The translations under genes were made by a program, and so were the position numbers. Shown here piece after piece: positions 1 to 10,452 of a DNA stretch of 64,000 nt; position 1 is the stretch's first letter, and every line of letters starts with the position of its first letter. The notes under the pieces were generated by a model. It saw only the letters and a list, made by a program, of their open reading frames with translations, searched no databases and had not been told where the DNA came from. Source of the stretch: Bacteroidota bacterium (lineage in GTDB: Bacteria > Bacteroidota > Bacteroidia > Chitinophagales > Chitinophagaceae); assembly GCA_039795575.1 (NCBI GenBank), contig JBDKLP010000045.1:20552-84551 (forward strand), read 5' to 3'.

Positions 1-783
1 AGTTGCACCAATTTCAGCACCCATATTACAAATAGTTCCTTTACCAGTACAACTCATGCTTGTAGCACCTTCACCAAAATATTCAACAATGGCACCTGTT
101 CCACCTTTTACGGTTAAGATACCAGCTACTTTTAAAATAACGTCTTTAGGAGCAGTCCATCCGTTTAACTTTCCTTTTAATTTAATACCAATTAATTTAG
201 GCCATTTTAATTCCCAAGCCAATCCTGCCATTACATCACATGCATCAGCACCACCCACACCAATTGCCAACATACCTAAACCACCTGCGTTTACAGTATG
301 CGAATCAGTACCAATCATCATACCACCTGGGAAGGCATAGTTTTCTAAAACTACTTGGTGAATAATACCTGCACCTGGTTTCCAGAATCCTAAACCATAT
401 TTATTAGACACAGAAGCTAAGAAATCATATACTTCCTTACTTTCTGTTGTGGCAACTTGTAAATCTTGTTTTGCTTCTACTTTTGCAGAAATCAAGTGAT
501 CGCAATGCACTGTACTTGGAACAGCTACTTTAGGACGACCCGCTTGCATAAATTGTAACAAAGCCATTTGCGCTGTGGCATCTTGCATCGCTACACGGTC
601 TGGACCAAAATCTACATAAGAACCACCTCGCTCGAAGCTTTCTAATTTTTGATCACTATGTAAATGCGAGAATAAAATTTTCTCTGATAAGGTTAATGGA
701 CGGCCCAACATTTTGCGAGCTGCTTCCACTTTCGCTGGCATTTCAGCGTACACTTTTTTGATCATTTCGATATCAAAAGCCAT
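1..783 (-). CDS. acnA: Aconitate hydratase (mitochondrial-type), 5' part; runs off the window start
   Basis: Not in the ORF track. Manual translation from ATG 783: [37 protein letters not shown]...[38 protein letters not shown]...[24 protein letters not shown], which are aconitase signatures. Confidence 0.95.
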   Translation of the reverse strand, partial: MAFDIEMIKKVYAEMPAKVEAARKMLGRPLTLSEKILFSHLHSDQKLESFERGGSYVDFGPDRVAMQDATAQMALLQFMQAGRPKVAVPSTVHCDHLISAKVEAKQDLQVATTESKEVYDFLASVSNKYGLGFWKPGAGIIHQVVLENYAFPGGMMIGTDSHTVNAGGLGMLAIGVGGADACDVMAGLAWELKWPKLIGIKLKGKLNGWTAPKDVILKVAGILTVKGGTGAIVEYFGEGATSMSCTGKGTICNMGAEIGAT

Positions 784-873
784 AGTTGTAAATTTTGGTG
801 TTAAAACTGATGCGAAGGTAAGCCAAAATGCCGATTTTTTTTGATAGATTTGAGTACAAAATAGGCCTGTTAG

Positions 874-1092
874 ATGCAAAAACTAAGAGATTTTTTAGAA
901 TTACACGCCTTTGGGGTATGTGCCGCCTTGGGTGAGCGCCTTGGGGTGGCAAGCTCAAGAATCCGAATGTGGTTTATGTATATTAGTTTTTTGACCCTAG
1001 GTTCACCTGTGATCCTTTATATGATACTAGCTTTTGTACGTAGTATCAAGCATTATATCTTGTTGGGCAAAAGAAATCCCCTAAAATATTAA
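874..1092 (+). CDS. PspC domain-containing small membrane protein
   Basis: [19 protein letters not shown] motif plus a hydrophobic helix; TAGATTTG -7 box at 845-852. Confidence 0.8.
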   Translation: MQKLRDFLELHAFGVCAALGERLGVASSRIRMWFMYISFLTLGSPVILYMILAFVRSIKHYILLGKRNPLKY

Positions 1093-1111
1093 GTAATACC
1101 TTAGGGGATTT
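1074..1111. terminator. Inverted repeat between convergent pspC-like gene and kdsA
   Basis: AAATCCCCTAA...TTAGGGGATTT, 11-bp arms; weak U-tracts. Confidence 0.5.
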
Positions 1112-1148
1112 GTTGCTAGCTATTTATTTATAGTAGTTAAGTGATTGA

Positions 1149-1973
1149 TTAAATCACGGCCTTACGTAATTTTACTAATTTCTCTAATAAAGGTTCTAAT
1201 AATTCCAGTCTTAACATATTAGCTCCATCACTTTTTGCAACAGCAGGATTTGGATGGGTTTCAATAAACAAACCATCTGCGCCAGTTGCGATAGCAGCTT
1301 TGGCTATGGTTTCGATCAATGCTGGATTGCCCCCTGTTACACCACTGGTTTGATTGGGTTGTTGTAAAGAATGGGTACAGTCCATGATTACTGGTACTTT
1401 ATTTTCGGCCATGGCTGGAATATTACGATAGTCAACTACTAAGTCCTGGTAACCGAATGTGTTGCCACGTTCGGTTAACATGATTTTATCATTACCAGCT
1501 AATTTAATTTTATCTACGGCAAACTTCATAGAAGCGCCACTTAAGAACTGACCTTTTTTCACATTCACAATTTTACCTGTTTCAGCAGCGGCTACCAATA
1601 AATCGGTTTGGCGACATAAAAAGGCTGGGATTTGTAAGATGTCAATATATTGTGCGGCTATGGCTGCTTCGTCGTGTGCATGTATATCTGAGGTGGTAGG
1701 CACATTGAATTTTGCTCCAACCTTTTTAATTAATTCCATACCAGTATCATCTCCAATGCCTGTAAATGAATTGGCACTTGTACGATTGGCTTTTCTATAA
1801 CTTGCTTTAAATACATAGGGAATCCCTAGATTCTTACAGATGGTAGAAACTTTTTCTCCTATCTCCATTACAAGGTCTTCACTTTCTACAACACAGGGGC
1901 CTGCAATTAAGAAAAAATTATGGGCATCATATTGTTGATGCTTAAAATGGTCTTGTAAATAAGATGGGATCAT
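1149..1973 (-). CDS. kdsA: 3-deoxy-8-phosphooctulonate (KDO8P) synthase
   Basis: LIAGPCVVE, KASYRKANRTS, QIPAFLCRQTDL, VKKGQFL, ERGNTFGY, DCTHSLQQP. Start set at ATG 1973 because the track's GTG at 1994 overlaps a TACCTTTG promoter box. Confidence 0.96.
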   Translation of the reverse strand: MIPSYLQDHFKHQQYDAHNFFLIAGPCVVESEDLVMEIGEKVSTICKNLGIPYVFKASYRKANRTSANSFTGIGDDTGMELIKKVGAKFNVPTTSDIHAHDEAAIAAQYIDILQIPAFLCRQTDLLVAAAETGKIVNVKKGQFLSGASMKFAVDKIKLAGNDKIMLTERGNTFGYQDLVVDYRNIPAMAENKVPVIMDCTHSLQQPNQTSGVTGGNPALIETIAKAAIATGADGLFIETHPNPAVAKSDGANMLRLELLEPLLEKLVKLRKAVI

Positions 1974-2033
1974 GTTTATAGTATTTGCGTCCACAAAGGT
2001 AAGCGAAATCCTAAACAGTTGATAGTAGGCTCC

Positions 2034-2801
2034 TTAAAATCTTAAGCCCACCGTAATGCCTGCTGCTCTGATACCAGCCCAGGGACCATCGGTATTTGTG
2101 ATTACTGTACTAGTGCCATCATTATTTTGGACGATACTTGAGTTCAGATGGAATGGGCTCACTTTAGTTTGGTCAATGGTATTTTTTAATTCGGTTAAAG
2201 CGGCCTGTGAAGTGCCAACTGGGGCATTATATTGCAATTTCCCAGAGGAGCTTCCATAGTGACCACCCACTATCCAAAAATCCAACACCAATTTCGTTAG
2301 TAGCTGAAATTGCATACCCATATAGGCGCCTAAACTTTTTGAGCTAATGGTTCCATTCAATAAAGCTGTTGTATTTGTTGTGGCAATTTGATTGCCCGAT
2401 ATAGTATTATAGGAGTAGTGAATAGGAATGCCTAAGTCTAAGTTTGCAAATCGTGCATAGGGGGCAATATAAAATCCAGACATTTTTTGTAGGCCAAGAT
2501 AAAATCTGCTTTCTACCGTAATAGCATCGTTGGCTATTTTAAAATTATCAAAATCAATATTGTCATTGTTGATAATGGACTTTGCTAAAAATTGAAGTGG
2601 TATGTCTCTTTTGGACATGCTAGAATAGCTTATAGATACCGACATGAAATGATTCAGACTACGCTCATAAGTTAGATTGTAGTTTTTCAGGGCATCGGCC
2701 GATAAATTGGTTTTTAAAATTTGCTTGCCTCCAATTAAGCTTTGTGCATGTGCAGTGATACCAATTGCAAAGTATACTGCAATTAATAAATTTTTTTTCA
2801 T
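2034..2801 (-). CDS. Outer-membrane beta-barrel protein (DUF3575-like)
   Basis: Signal peptide, KTNL...NLTYER, GFYIAPY, C-terminal GITVGLRF with terminal Phe. Confidence 0.7.
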   Translation of the reverse strand: MKKNLLIAVYFAIGITAHAQSLIGGKQILKTNLSADALKNYNLTYERSLNHFMSVSISYSSMSKRDIPLQFLAKSIINNDNIDFDNFKIANDAITVESRFYLGLQKMSGFYIAPYARFANLDLGIPIHYSYNTISGNQIATTNTTALLNGTISSKSLGAYMGMQFQLLTKLVLDFWIVGGHYGSSSGKLQYNAPVGTSQAALTELKNTIDQTKVSPFHLNSSIVQNNDGTSTVITNTDGPWAGIRAAGITVGLRF

Positions 2802-2810
2802 GGCTCAAGT

Positions 2811-3224
2811 TTATTTTCTTGCAAATAAATCCGCTACTGTTCTTTTGTCAAGTATGGCGAGTGTGTTATCGCGCACTTCCACCATTACCTTATTTATACC
2901 ACAAACTTTTTCATTGCAATCCTCGCATTTTTTGTAAAAATTAAGACTTACGCAAGGTAATAATGCAATGGGGCCCTCAACGGTTCTAAATATAGATGAA
3001 AGCGGAATGATGTTGGGTGGCATTGCAAAAGAATAACCTCCATTTTTACCTTTTTTACTTTCTAAAAACCCTGCTTTTTTGAGTTCCAATAAAATGTTCT
3101 CTAAAAACTTCAAGGGTATGTTTTTAGCTTCGGCAATCTCTGCGATCAATATAGGATGCGTGGTTTCCTTTCCTACCATATAGGAGAGCGCTTGCAATGC
3201 GTATTGTGTTTTTTTGGATAACAT
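2811..3224 (-). CDS. Rrf2 family transcriptional regulator
   Basis: MLSKKTQYALQAL, IPLKFLENIL, SKKGKNGGY, Cys-rich C-terminus. Confidence 0.93.
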   Translation of the reverse strand: MLSKKTQYALQALSYMVGKETTHPILIAEIAEAKNIPLKFLENILLELKKAGFLESKKGKNGGYSFAMPPNIIPLSSIFRTVEGPIALLPCVSLNFYKKCEDCNEKVCGINKVMVEVRDNTLAILDKRTVADLFARK

Positions 3225-3225
3225 A

Positions 3226-3942
3226 CTATAAACCTAAAACTTCTTTCATTGTAAAGATACCTTTTTTTCCTCTGGCAAAATTGGCTGCTAATACTGCACC
3301 GCTAGCGAATCCTTTTCTGGTATGCGCAGTGTGTACAATTTCAATGGTGTCAATTGCTGAACTATAGGTAACGGTATGAGTTCCAGGTGCTGGATCAATA
3401 CGCTCCGATGTAATTACCAAATCGGACGCTGTTAATGAGGGTGCATTAACCCATTGTTTTTTACGACCTATATTGGAAAGAATTTGTTCTGCCAAAGAAA
3501 TGGCTGTGCCACTTGGGGCGTCTTTCTTTTCAGTATGATGTAGTTCAATCATCGATACATCATAGTCGTCATAAGGCTCCATCAATTTGGCCAATTGCTT
3601 ATTGACTTCAAAAAATAAGTTTACGCCAATGCTATAATTGCTACTATATACAACACAGCCATTATGTTTATTGCAAGTTGCTTCAATTTCATTCCATTTA
3701 TCCAACCAACCTGTGGATCCACTCACAACAGGAATTCCTAATTCAATACATTTTTTTACATTTTCAAATGCACTATGCGGACCCGTGAATTCAATTGCTA
3801 CATCGGCTTTTGCAATATTTTCGGCGTTAAATTCATGGTTATTTTGAACATCAATTTTTAACACAATCTCATGTCCTTTGTTCACTGCCACTTCTTCAAT
3901 GGCTTTTCCCATTTTTCCATATCCTATTAATGCTATCTTCAT
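3226..3942 (-). CDS. dapB: 4-hydroxy-tetrahydrodipicolinate reductase
   Basis: IGYGKMG, GSTGW, ELHHTEKKDAPSGTA, RKGFASGA. Confidence 0.97.
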   Translation of the reverse strand: MKIALIGYGKMGKAIEEVAVNKGHEIVLKIDVQNNHEFNAENIAKADVAIEFTGPHSAFENVKKCIELGIPVVSGSTGWLDKWNEIEATCNKHNGCVVYSSNYSIGVNLFFEVNKQLAKLMEPYDDYDVSMIELHHTEKKDAPSGTAISLAEQILSNIGRKKQWVNAPSLTASDLVITSERIDPAPGTHTVTYSSAIDTIEIVHTAHTRKGFASGAVLAANFARGKKGIFTMKEVLGL

Positions 3943-3957
3943 AATGTATTCATTTAA

Positions 3958-4557
3958 CTATTTGCCATGTGTATTTTTGAAATGCAATTGTAATGAGAAT
4001 CCAGTTTGTTGCGTATTGGGCTGTACTGTTGGTCGAATACGCATTGCTAAATTGGAACTAATGTCAAATTCTTTCAAGTGTCCCGAAACCGAAGCGTCTG
4101 CTATATTTAAACCCCATCCAAGTATAAACCATAGCACTGAAAAATCACGATCTTTTCTAAAAATATTTCTATAACTCTGCAATGAACCAATTGAAAGATT
4201 AGTCAAAGCAGGATCAATCTTGGCCAAGTCGGAGGGGTCTCCATTGCTTGCTTTGAATTTAGCTTCGTAAGCAAACTTGGTTTTTTGATACATATTGTTA
4301 TTGTAAATAAAAGTAGAAGCTGGAATGGCCAATATTCCGTACACGATAGGAATTTTCCAATATTGTTTATTGTAGGCCTGTCCCAATCCAGGAAGCATTA
4401 AGGAATACCTGGTTGCCAATCTTGGATTATGGTGTTTTATGGTGTCGGCTTTTTTTAAATACAAACTATCCTGGCCCATTGCCATTGTAGAAAAAAATAA
4501 CAATAGCAAGCAAGATAGGATTCGAGTCCAACTAGCTAATGCTAACCTGCATCGCAT
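3958..4557 (-). CDS. DUF5683-type membrane protein (start uncertain)
   Basis: SLMLPGLGQAYNKQYWKIPIVY and NIADASVSGHLKEFD; usual position between parB and dapB in Bacteroidota. Confidence 0.8.
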   Translation of the reverse strand: MRCRLALASWTRILSCLLLLFFSTMAMGQDSLYLKKADTIKHHNPRLATRYSLMLPGLGQAYNKQYWKIPIVYGILAIPASTFIYNNNMYQKTKFAYEAKFKASNGDPSDLAKIDPALTNLSIGSLQSYRNIFRKDRDFSVLWFILGWGLNIADASVSGHLKEFDISSNLAMRIRPTVQPNTQQTGFSLQLHFKNTHGK

Positions 4558-5449
4558 CTAAAATAGTATTTAGGCCGTTAATATCTTGATAAGCAATAGT
4601 AATGGTACCGCTTCCATTTTTCTGTTGCTGCAATACCACTTTTGCAGACAGATGACTGGCTAATTTGTCTTCTAATTTTTTGTAAACAGGGGACAATTCA
4701 TTTTTCTTACTTGGCTTTGGTGCTTTACCAGCCGCAGCATTCATTTTTTTAACCAATTCTTCTGTTTGACGGACAGTCAATCCTTTTTCTGTGATTTCTT
4801 TGAACAAGAATAGTTGTTGATCAATTTCCTTGCCAATTAATATTTTTGCTAAGCTTACACTTAATGTGCCCTTGCGCACTGCAGCTTGAATTGCGGGAGG
4901 CAAGTCCAATAAACGAATATAGTTGGCTACTGTTGAACGATCCTTGCCCATACGCTCAGAAACCTTTTCCTGCGTATAGTTTAATTCCTGCATCATTCTT
5001 TGGTAACTCAGTGCAACTTCAATTTCATTCAAGTCAACTCTTTGCAAGTTCTCCAACAAGGCTAATTCTAATAATTCTTGGTCATTACCTTGTCTTATAT
5101 ATGCAGGGATGTCGGTTAAGCCGGCTAATTTGGAAGCACGGAATCTTCTTTCACCCGCAATCAATTGGTATTTACCATTAGGAAGAGAGGCAACAGTGAT
5201 AGGTTGAATAATATCATGCAATTTGATAGAATGCCTTAATTCTTGCAATGCGATTTCGTCAAAATCCTTTCTTGGGTTTTTCGGGTTCACCTGTATATCG
5301 GCTAATGGAATACGGTTGGTTGCTACTGCTTTTTCAATAGTAGCGGTTTCTACTTTACCAGCAGGGTTTTTATATTCTGCATGGATATTTTTTAATAGAG
5401 AACCCAATCCCTTTCCAATCATATCTTTATTCGGTGTACTCTTGCTCAT
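4532..5449 (-). CDS. parB: ParB/Spo0J chromosome partition protein
   Basis: GKGLGSLL, PRKDF, IIQPITV, LIAGERRFRA, LLENLQRVDL, HTH region. Confidence 0.96.
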   Translation of the reverse strand: MSKSTPNKDMIGKGLGSLLKNIHAEYKNPAGKVETATIEKAVATNRIPLADIQVNPKNPRKDFDEIALQELRHSIKLHDIIQPITVASLPNGKYQLIAGERRFRASKLAGLTDIPAYIRQGNDQELLELALLENLQRVDLNEIEVALSYQRMMQELNYTQEKVSERMGKDRSTVANYIRLLDLPPAIQAAVRKGTLSVSLAKILIGKEIDQQLFLFKEITEKGLTVRQTEELVKKMNAAAGKAPKPSKKNELSPVYKKLEDKLASHLSAKVVLQQQKNGSGTITIAYQDINGLNTILDAMQVSIS

Positions 5450-5450
5450 A

Positions 5451-6251
5451 TTAATCAATTATTCGCTCGGCATTGCTCATATTGGTCATGCCGTTCTTTT
5501 GTAAAATTTCTTTCGCTAGGTTTAAGTAATTCACGGTACCCTTACTATCTGCATCATACAAAATAACAGGCTTACCAACACTTGGTGCCTCACTTAAACG
5601 AGTGTTTCTATGTATGATGGTAGCAAATACCATATCGTCAAAATGCTTACGCACTTCACTCACTACCTGATTGCTTAATCGTAAACGTCCGTCGTACATG
5701 GTCATTAAAATGCCTTCAATTTGCAATTCAGGATTCAATCGGCTTTGCACAATTTTTACAGTATTCAATAATTTACCAAGTCCTTCTAATGCGAAAAATT
5801 CACATTGCACTGGTACAATCACACTATTGGCAGCCACTAATGCATTTACAGTAATTAATCCCAAAGAAGGCAAACAATCAATGATGATAAAATCGTATTG
5901 GTCTTGTAAGGGTTCCAATAAATCTTTCAATACATTTTCACGATTGGGAAAGTTTACCAATTCAATTTCGGCTCCCACCAAATCAATATGGGAGGGGATT
6001 AAATCAAGGTGTGGAATTTCTGTTTTAAGCACAATATCAGATAGGGGAGTATGATTGATCATTCCATCATACAAACTGGTCGTGATATTATGTAAGTCAA
6101 ATCCGACCCCAGTAGTACTATTGGCTTGAGGGTCGGCATCAATTAACAAGGTTCTGTATTCTAACACAGCTAAACTTGCCGCAATATTGATTGCAGAAGT
6201 GGTTTTACCCACCCCTCCTTTTTGATTCGCAATTCCGATTATTCTTGCCAT
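5451..6251 (-). CDS. parA: ParA/Soj ATPase
   Basis: [11 protein letters not shown] deviant Walker [27 protein letters not shown]; ATG at 6251. Confidence 0.97.
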   Translation of the reverse strand: MARIIGIANQKGGVGKTTSAINIAASLAVLEYRTLLIDADPQANSTTGVGFDLHNITTSLYDGMINHTPLSDIVLKTEIPHLDLIPSHIDLVGAEIELVNFPNRENVLKDLLEPLQDQYDFIIIDCLPSLGLITVNALVAANSVIVPVQCEFFALEGLGKLLNTVKIVQSRLNPELQIEGILMTMYDGRLRLSNQVVSEVRKHFDDMVFATIIHRNTRLSEAPSVGKPVILYDADSKGTVNYLNLAKEILQKNGMTNMSNAERIID

Positions 6252-6320
6252 AAACTGAGTATCCTTAATTTGTTCCAAAAATAAGGCATTTGGCCCTATT
6301 TTTGTGCTTTAAATCCCTAT

Positions 6321-7556
6321 ATGAGAAGCCCCTTTTTTATTTCCATCTTGTTAATGGTACTGATTGCCATTGATTTTTATATTTATCTGGTCCTCAAGCA
6401 CTTATTGCAAGGCAGTGGTTCGGGGCTTAAAATGACCGTTTGGACCATGTATTGGGGTCTTTGTGTAGTGAGTATGGGTTCCTTTATATTGTTTCCCTAC
6501 CTAAACAATCCCTACTTTAGACAATATATTTTTACCATTAGTCTAGGTTGGATGTTTACACAGTTGCTAATGGCCCTAGTTTTTTTGATTGACGATATAC
6601 GAAGAGGAACTTTTTGGACCCTTGGTAAAATCACATCTTATACGGGTGCACAATTTATTAATACCAGTCAAGGCATTCCAAGGTCTACTTTTTTGAGCTG
6701 GTTGGGGGTAGGTATGGCGTCTTCCTTGTTTTTTTCCTTATTGTACGGTTTTGGTAACAAGTACAATTATCAGCTCATAAAAAAACGTGTTGTATTAAAA
6801 GGATTGGATCCTACTTTTAAAGGTTTTAAAATAATTCATATCAGTGATATACATAGTGGTAGTTTACAGGATCAAGCCGCTGTGCAAAAAGGAATTGATT
6901 TAATCAATCGTCAAAATGCCGACCTGGTTTTATTTACAGGCGATTTGGTAAATGATCGTGCCATTGAAATGGATCCATGGATGGAAACCTTTGGACAAAT
7001 TCAAGCTCAATATGGGGTGTATAGTACCTTAGGCAATCATGATTATGGTGATTATGTGCAATGGGAATCAGCAGCTGCCAAAAAGCAAAACCTAGAAAAT
7101 TTAAAATCAGTGCATGCACAATTGGGATGGAGATTGTTGATGAATGAACATGTGAAAGTAGAAAAAGAGGGAGCTGTCATTCAATTAGTGGGAATTGAAA
7201 ACTGGGGTGCGAAGGCAAGGTTTCCTAAGTATGGAAAATTGCACCAAGCTATGGAAGGTGTGCATGCGGATGCGCCCATTATTTTAATGAGTCACGATCC
7301 TAGTCATTGGGAAGCGCAAGTAATTCCTGAGTTTCCTCAAATTCAATTGATGTTGGCAGGTCATACCCATGGTATGCAGTTTGGATTGGAAAATCCGTAT
7401 TTCAAATGGAGCCCTGTACAATGGGTTTACAAACAATGGGCGGGCATTTACAACAAAGAGAGTCAGCAATTGTATGTAAATAGAGGTTTCGGTTTTTTGG
7501 GCTATCCAGGGAGGGTAGGTATTATGCCTGAAATTACTTTAATTGAATTGGCTTAA
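6321..7556 (+). CDS. Membrane-bound metallophosphoesterase (YkuE-like)
   Basis: N-terminal TM helices; SDIH, GDLVN, GNHDYG, SHDP, GHTHG calcineurin-like motifs. Confidence 0.92.
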   Translation: MRSPFFISILLMVLIAIDFYIYLVLKHLLQGSGSGLKMTVWTMYWGLCVVSMGSFILFPYLNNPYFRQYIFTISLGWMFTQLLMALVFLIDDIRRGTFWTLGKITSYTGAQFINTSQGIPRSTFLSWLGVGMASSLFFSLLYGFGNKYNYQLIKKRVVLKGLDPTFKGFKIIHISDIHSGSLQDQAAVQKGIDLINRQNADLVLFTGDLVNDRAIEMDPWMETFGQIQAQYGVYSTLGNHDYGDYVQWESAAAKKQNLENLKSVHAQLGWRLLMNEHVKVEKEGAVIQLVGIENWGAKARFPKYGKLHQAMEGVHADAPIILMSHDPSHWEAQVIPEFPQIQLMLAGHTHGMQFGLENPYFKWSPVQWVYKQWAGIYNKESQQLYVNRGFGFLGYPGRVGIMPEITLIELA

Positions 7557-7623
7557 TGCCTATCAATAATAGAGTAGATGTAACATTTTGTGAGATTATT
7601 CGTTTTAATATTAATTACAGTTT

Positions 7624-8214
7624 ATGAAAAAAATAATCAGCCTTTTATCGTTCCTATATTTTACTATCAATGTCAATGCGCAGGATAAATTAAATATTGG
7701 CATTAAATTAGGTCAAAATTTTTCCAATATCAATTCGGTGGCTGTGGACCACAATACAGCTTCCTATCATGTGGGGGCAACCTTGCATTTTGGAATCACC
7801 GAAAAATGGGGATTGGCCCCGGAAGTGATTTTATCACAAACCAAATTAGAAACTAATATCAATATCATTGACGTTTTAAGCAATCGATCCTTGCAACCCG
7901 AAACCTATCATTTAAATTATTTATCTATTCCTTTATTGGTTTCCTACAAACCCTTTGGCGCCTTGGCTTTACATGCAGGGCCTCAGTATAGTATAATGAT
8001 CGATCAGAAAAAAGATGGGGTAGGCAACGCTGCTATGGCTTTTAAAAGTGGCGAGTTTGCTTTTGTAGGTGGGGCACAATTTAATTTTGGTGGATTTTTC
8101 GCATACGGCCGTTATGTAGTAGGCTTGCAGAATATCAATGAATTGCAAGACCAAACAAAATGGAAAACTACGCAATGGCAATTGGGCGTTGGAATGTCTT
8201 TACTTAAATTTTAA
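7624..8214 (+). CDS. Porin-family / PorT-like outer-membrane beta-barrel protein
   Basis: Signal peptide, GIKLGQNFS, LNYLSIPLL, GRYVVGL, terminal aromatic residue. Confidence 0.8.
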   Translation: MKKIISLLSFLYFTINVNAQDKLNIGIKLGQNFSNINSVAVDHNTASYHVGATLHFGITEKWGLAPEVILSQTKLETNINIIDVLSNRSLQPETYHLNYLSIPLLVSYKPFGALALHAGPQYSIMIDQKKDGVGNAAMAFKSGEFAFVGGAQFNFGGFFAYGRYVVGLQNINELQDQTKWKTTQWQLGVGMSLLKF

Positions 8215-10413
8215 TTCTTTTTTAATAGCTGCAATAGCAATAGCCAATTGTTTGATGGCTTTGTTTTGGGCATTAATAAAACTATTGTCTTTTAATGCAC
8301 CCACTACCGCATTCATTTCTGCTTCGTTTTCATATACCATCATTCTAAAAGGATTGGTATAATCCTTAGCTCTAGTGGATTCGATTTTGCGGGTGATGTC
8401 TTTCTTGATTTCCAAGTATTGATCCAGCCAAGTATTGAATTGTGCAGGGCTAAGCGTATTCATTTTCACGCCGGTGATTTGACTTAAGCATTGTATAGCA
8501 TGCAGCGCTTTACGTGTGTTGTATTTTTCTGATTCCTGCTCATAAAAAACATGTACCTCGTTCCAGCTTTTAATGGTGCCCGTTTTAATTTTGGTGAGCA
8601 AGGTATCCACATTTTTTTGAGGAATTAATTGTCCTCCAATATTTGCCCACGCTTGATTTGTACTACTTAATTTTGTTGCTTTCAAAGTGGTAATGATGGC
8701 ATTCCCTTTTTGACCTTCAGTTAATTCCAAAGCTGCTTCAAATCCATATACAAAAATCATTTTGCCAAATATATGGAAAGCGTCATAAGATTTCACCAAT
8801 TTGGTAACACGTTTGCTGTTTTCAAAACCATCAACGATTACCTCGAGCGCATCAATTTCTTTTTTTGATTTGGTATTCAATAATTGAGTGCCCAATTCTA
8901 TTAATTTAGCATCGGCTAAAGCATTGGACTTATCTTCTTTTTTCAAATGCGCTATTGCAACAGCTTTTGCAATGATGGCTCTAGCATCTAACATTTCATT
9001 TACTGAATCTGGCGCTAAATAACCATATTCGTAAATAGGAGTCTTGTATTTGCGTTTGTCACGGTCCACATATTTCCAAGCGTTTCTTGCCAATGCATAA
9101 AAATTATACAAAAACCAATAGCCTGGCATAATCACTAATTCATCTTTTAATGGATCGTTGCTAATTAATGAAAAGGGAAGGGGTACATTCAATTCGTAAT
9201 TATAATCTCCTTTGTTTAATAAGGAGAAGCTAGCAAATTTGGAATTATGTTTAATACTAACACATAAACCTGGCCAGAATCCTCTACCCATTATCACTTC
9301 TCCGTCGGCACCACGGCTATTGTGATTGGAGCCTAATGTGGCTCCGGCTGCAATATTACTTTGTCCCATCACCAAGGCCGCACATAAAAAACTATTATTA
9401 TGATGTTGTTCATGTGCTGGGAATATCAATGAGTTCAATACCTCACAACAGGATATAGTTGCATTAGGGCCAAGAAAAGAGTTAATCAACCTGGCGCCGT
9501 ATTTTAATTGCGAATAATCCGACAATACAAAACGAACTGCTTTAATGCCATAAAAAATTCTACAACCATAGCCAATGATTCCATTTACCAATTCACAACC
9601 TTCTCCTACTTGAGATTTTGCTTCGGGATGTGAATTAATAGTAACATTTTTTATTTTATTGGCTCCTTTTAAATAGGCATCTTCACCCACCCAAACATCC
9701 TTAATGATCTTACAATTCTTAATCACAGTACGATCCCCGATTTTGCCATAATAGCCTAGCTTATCATCGTATTGATAATCGGTTAATGCAATAAATTTTG
9801 CTTGCAGATCGGCATCTTCTCTATGTCTTGTCCACAAATAGGCGTCACCAGCAGTCATGCCATTGAAAGGTAATATTTTTCGGCCCGTATTTTCATTACA
9901 TAATTCTAACCAGATCCTTACCGATTCAGATTCACCTTGTTTAATGATCCCGTTTCCAAATTTGGCATGATTGGTAGTCACCAATTCATTCACATTATTA
10001 ATAATCACTTCGTTGCCCAAAATATAATGGGACATATAATTCACATTGTGAATGGATACATTGTTTCCAAAGTCACAGCTAATAATGGTGGAATTGTATA
10101 AACCAACTGGAACAATTAAATCACTAAAACATAAACAAATGTTTTCAAGATTACCAATGCGGATTAATCCAAAAAATGAACAGTTTTTTACCAACTCGGG
10201 ATTGAAAGCATTGGACACCAAAATTTTTGACCAATCGTCGCTAGTATTTCTATTGCGCACAAGAATTTCAATTTCTAAAGCGCTCAATTGACGGTATTGA
10301 ATACCACTACGATTTTGTTTATTACGTAAATAGTATTCATCCTTTCCCTTAGGAGGCTCTTTAATAAAGCCATACCCTAATTGGTTCACTGCAATTTTCT
10401 TGATATTGTTCAT
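8200..10413 (-). CDS. DUF4954-family protein (left-handed beta-helix-like, unknown function)
   Basis: 737 aa; YRQLSALEIEILVRNRNTSDDW, ISCCEVLNSLIFPAHEQHHNNSFL, GATLGSNHNSR. Confidence 0.8.
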   Translation of the reverse strand: MNNIKKIAVNQLGYGFIKEPPKGKDEYYLRNKQNRSGIQYRQLSALEIEILVRNRNTSDDWSKILVSNAFNPELVKNCSFFGLIRIGNLENICLCFSDLIVPVGLYNSTIISCDFGNNVSIHNVNYMSHYILGNEVIINNVNELVTTNHAKFGNGIIKQGESESVRIWLELCNENTGRKILPFNGMTAGDAYLWTRHREDADLQAKFIALTDYQYDDKLGYYGKIGDRTVIKNCKIIKDVWVGEDAYLKGANKIKNVTINSHPEAKSQVGEGCELVNGIIGYGCRIFYGIKAVRFVLSDYSQLKYGARLINSFLGPNATISCCEVLNSLIFPAHEQHHNNSFLCAALVMGQSNIAAGATLGSNHNSRGADGEVIMGRGFWPGLCVSIKHNSKFASFSLLNKGDYNYELNVPLPFSLISNDPLKDELVIMPGYWFLYNFYALARNAWKYVDRDKRKYKTPIYEYGYLAPDSVNEMLDARAIIAKAVAIAHLKKEDKSNALADAKLIELGTQLLNTKSKKEIDALEVIVDGFENSKRVTKLVKSYDAFHIFGKMIFVYGFEAALELTEGQKGNAIITTLKATKLSSTNQAWANIGGQLIPQKNVDTLLTKIKTGTIKSWNEVHVFYEQESEKYNTRKALHAIQCLSQITGVKMNTLSPAQFNTWLDQYLEIKKDITRKIESTRAKDYTNPFRMMVYENEAEMNAVVGALKDNSFINAQNKAIKQLAIAIAAIKKELKFK

Positions 10414-10452
10414 AGTGCGAATGGATATAATGATTCAATCACTACAAATATA

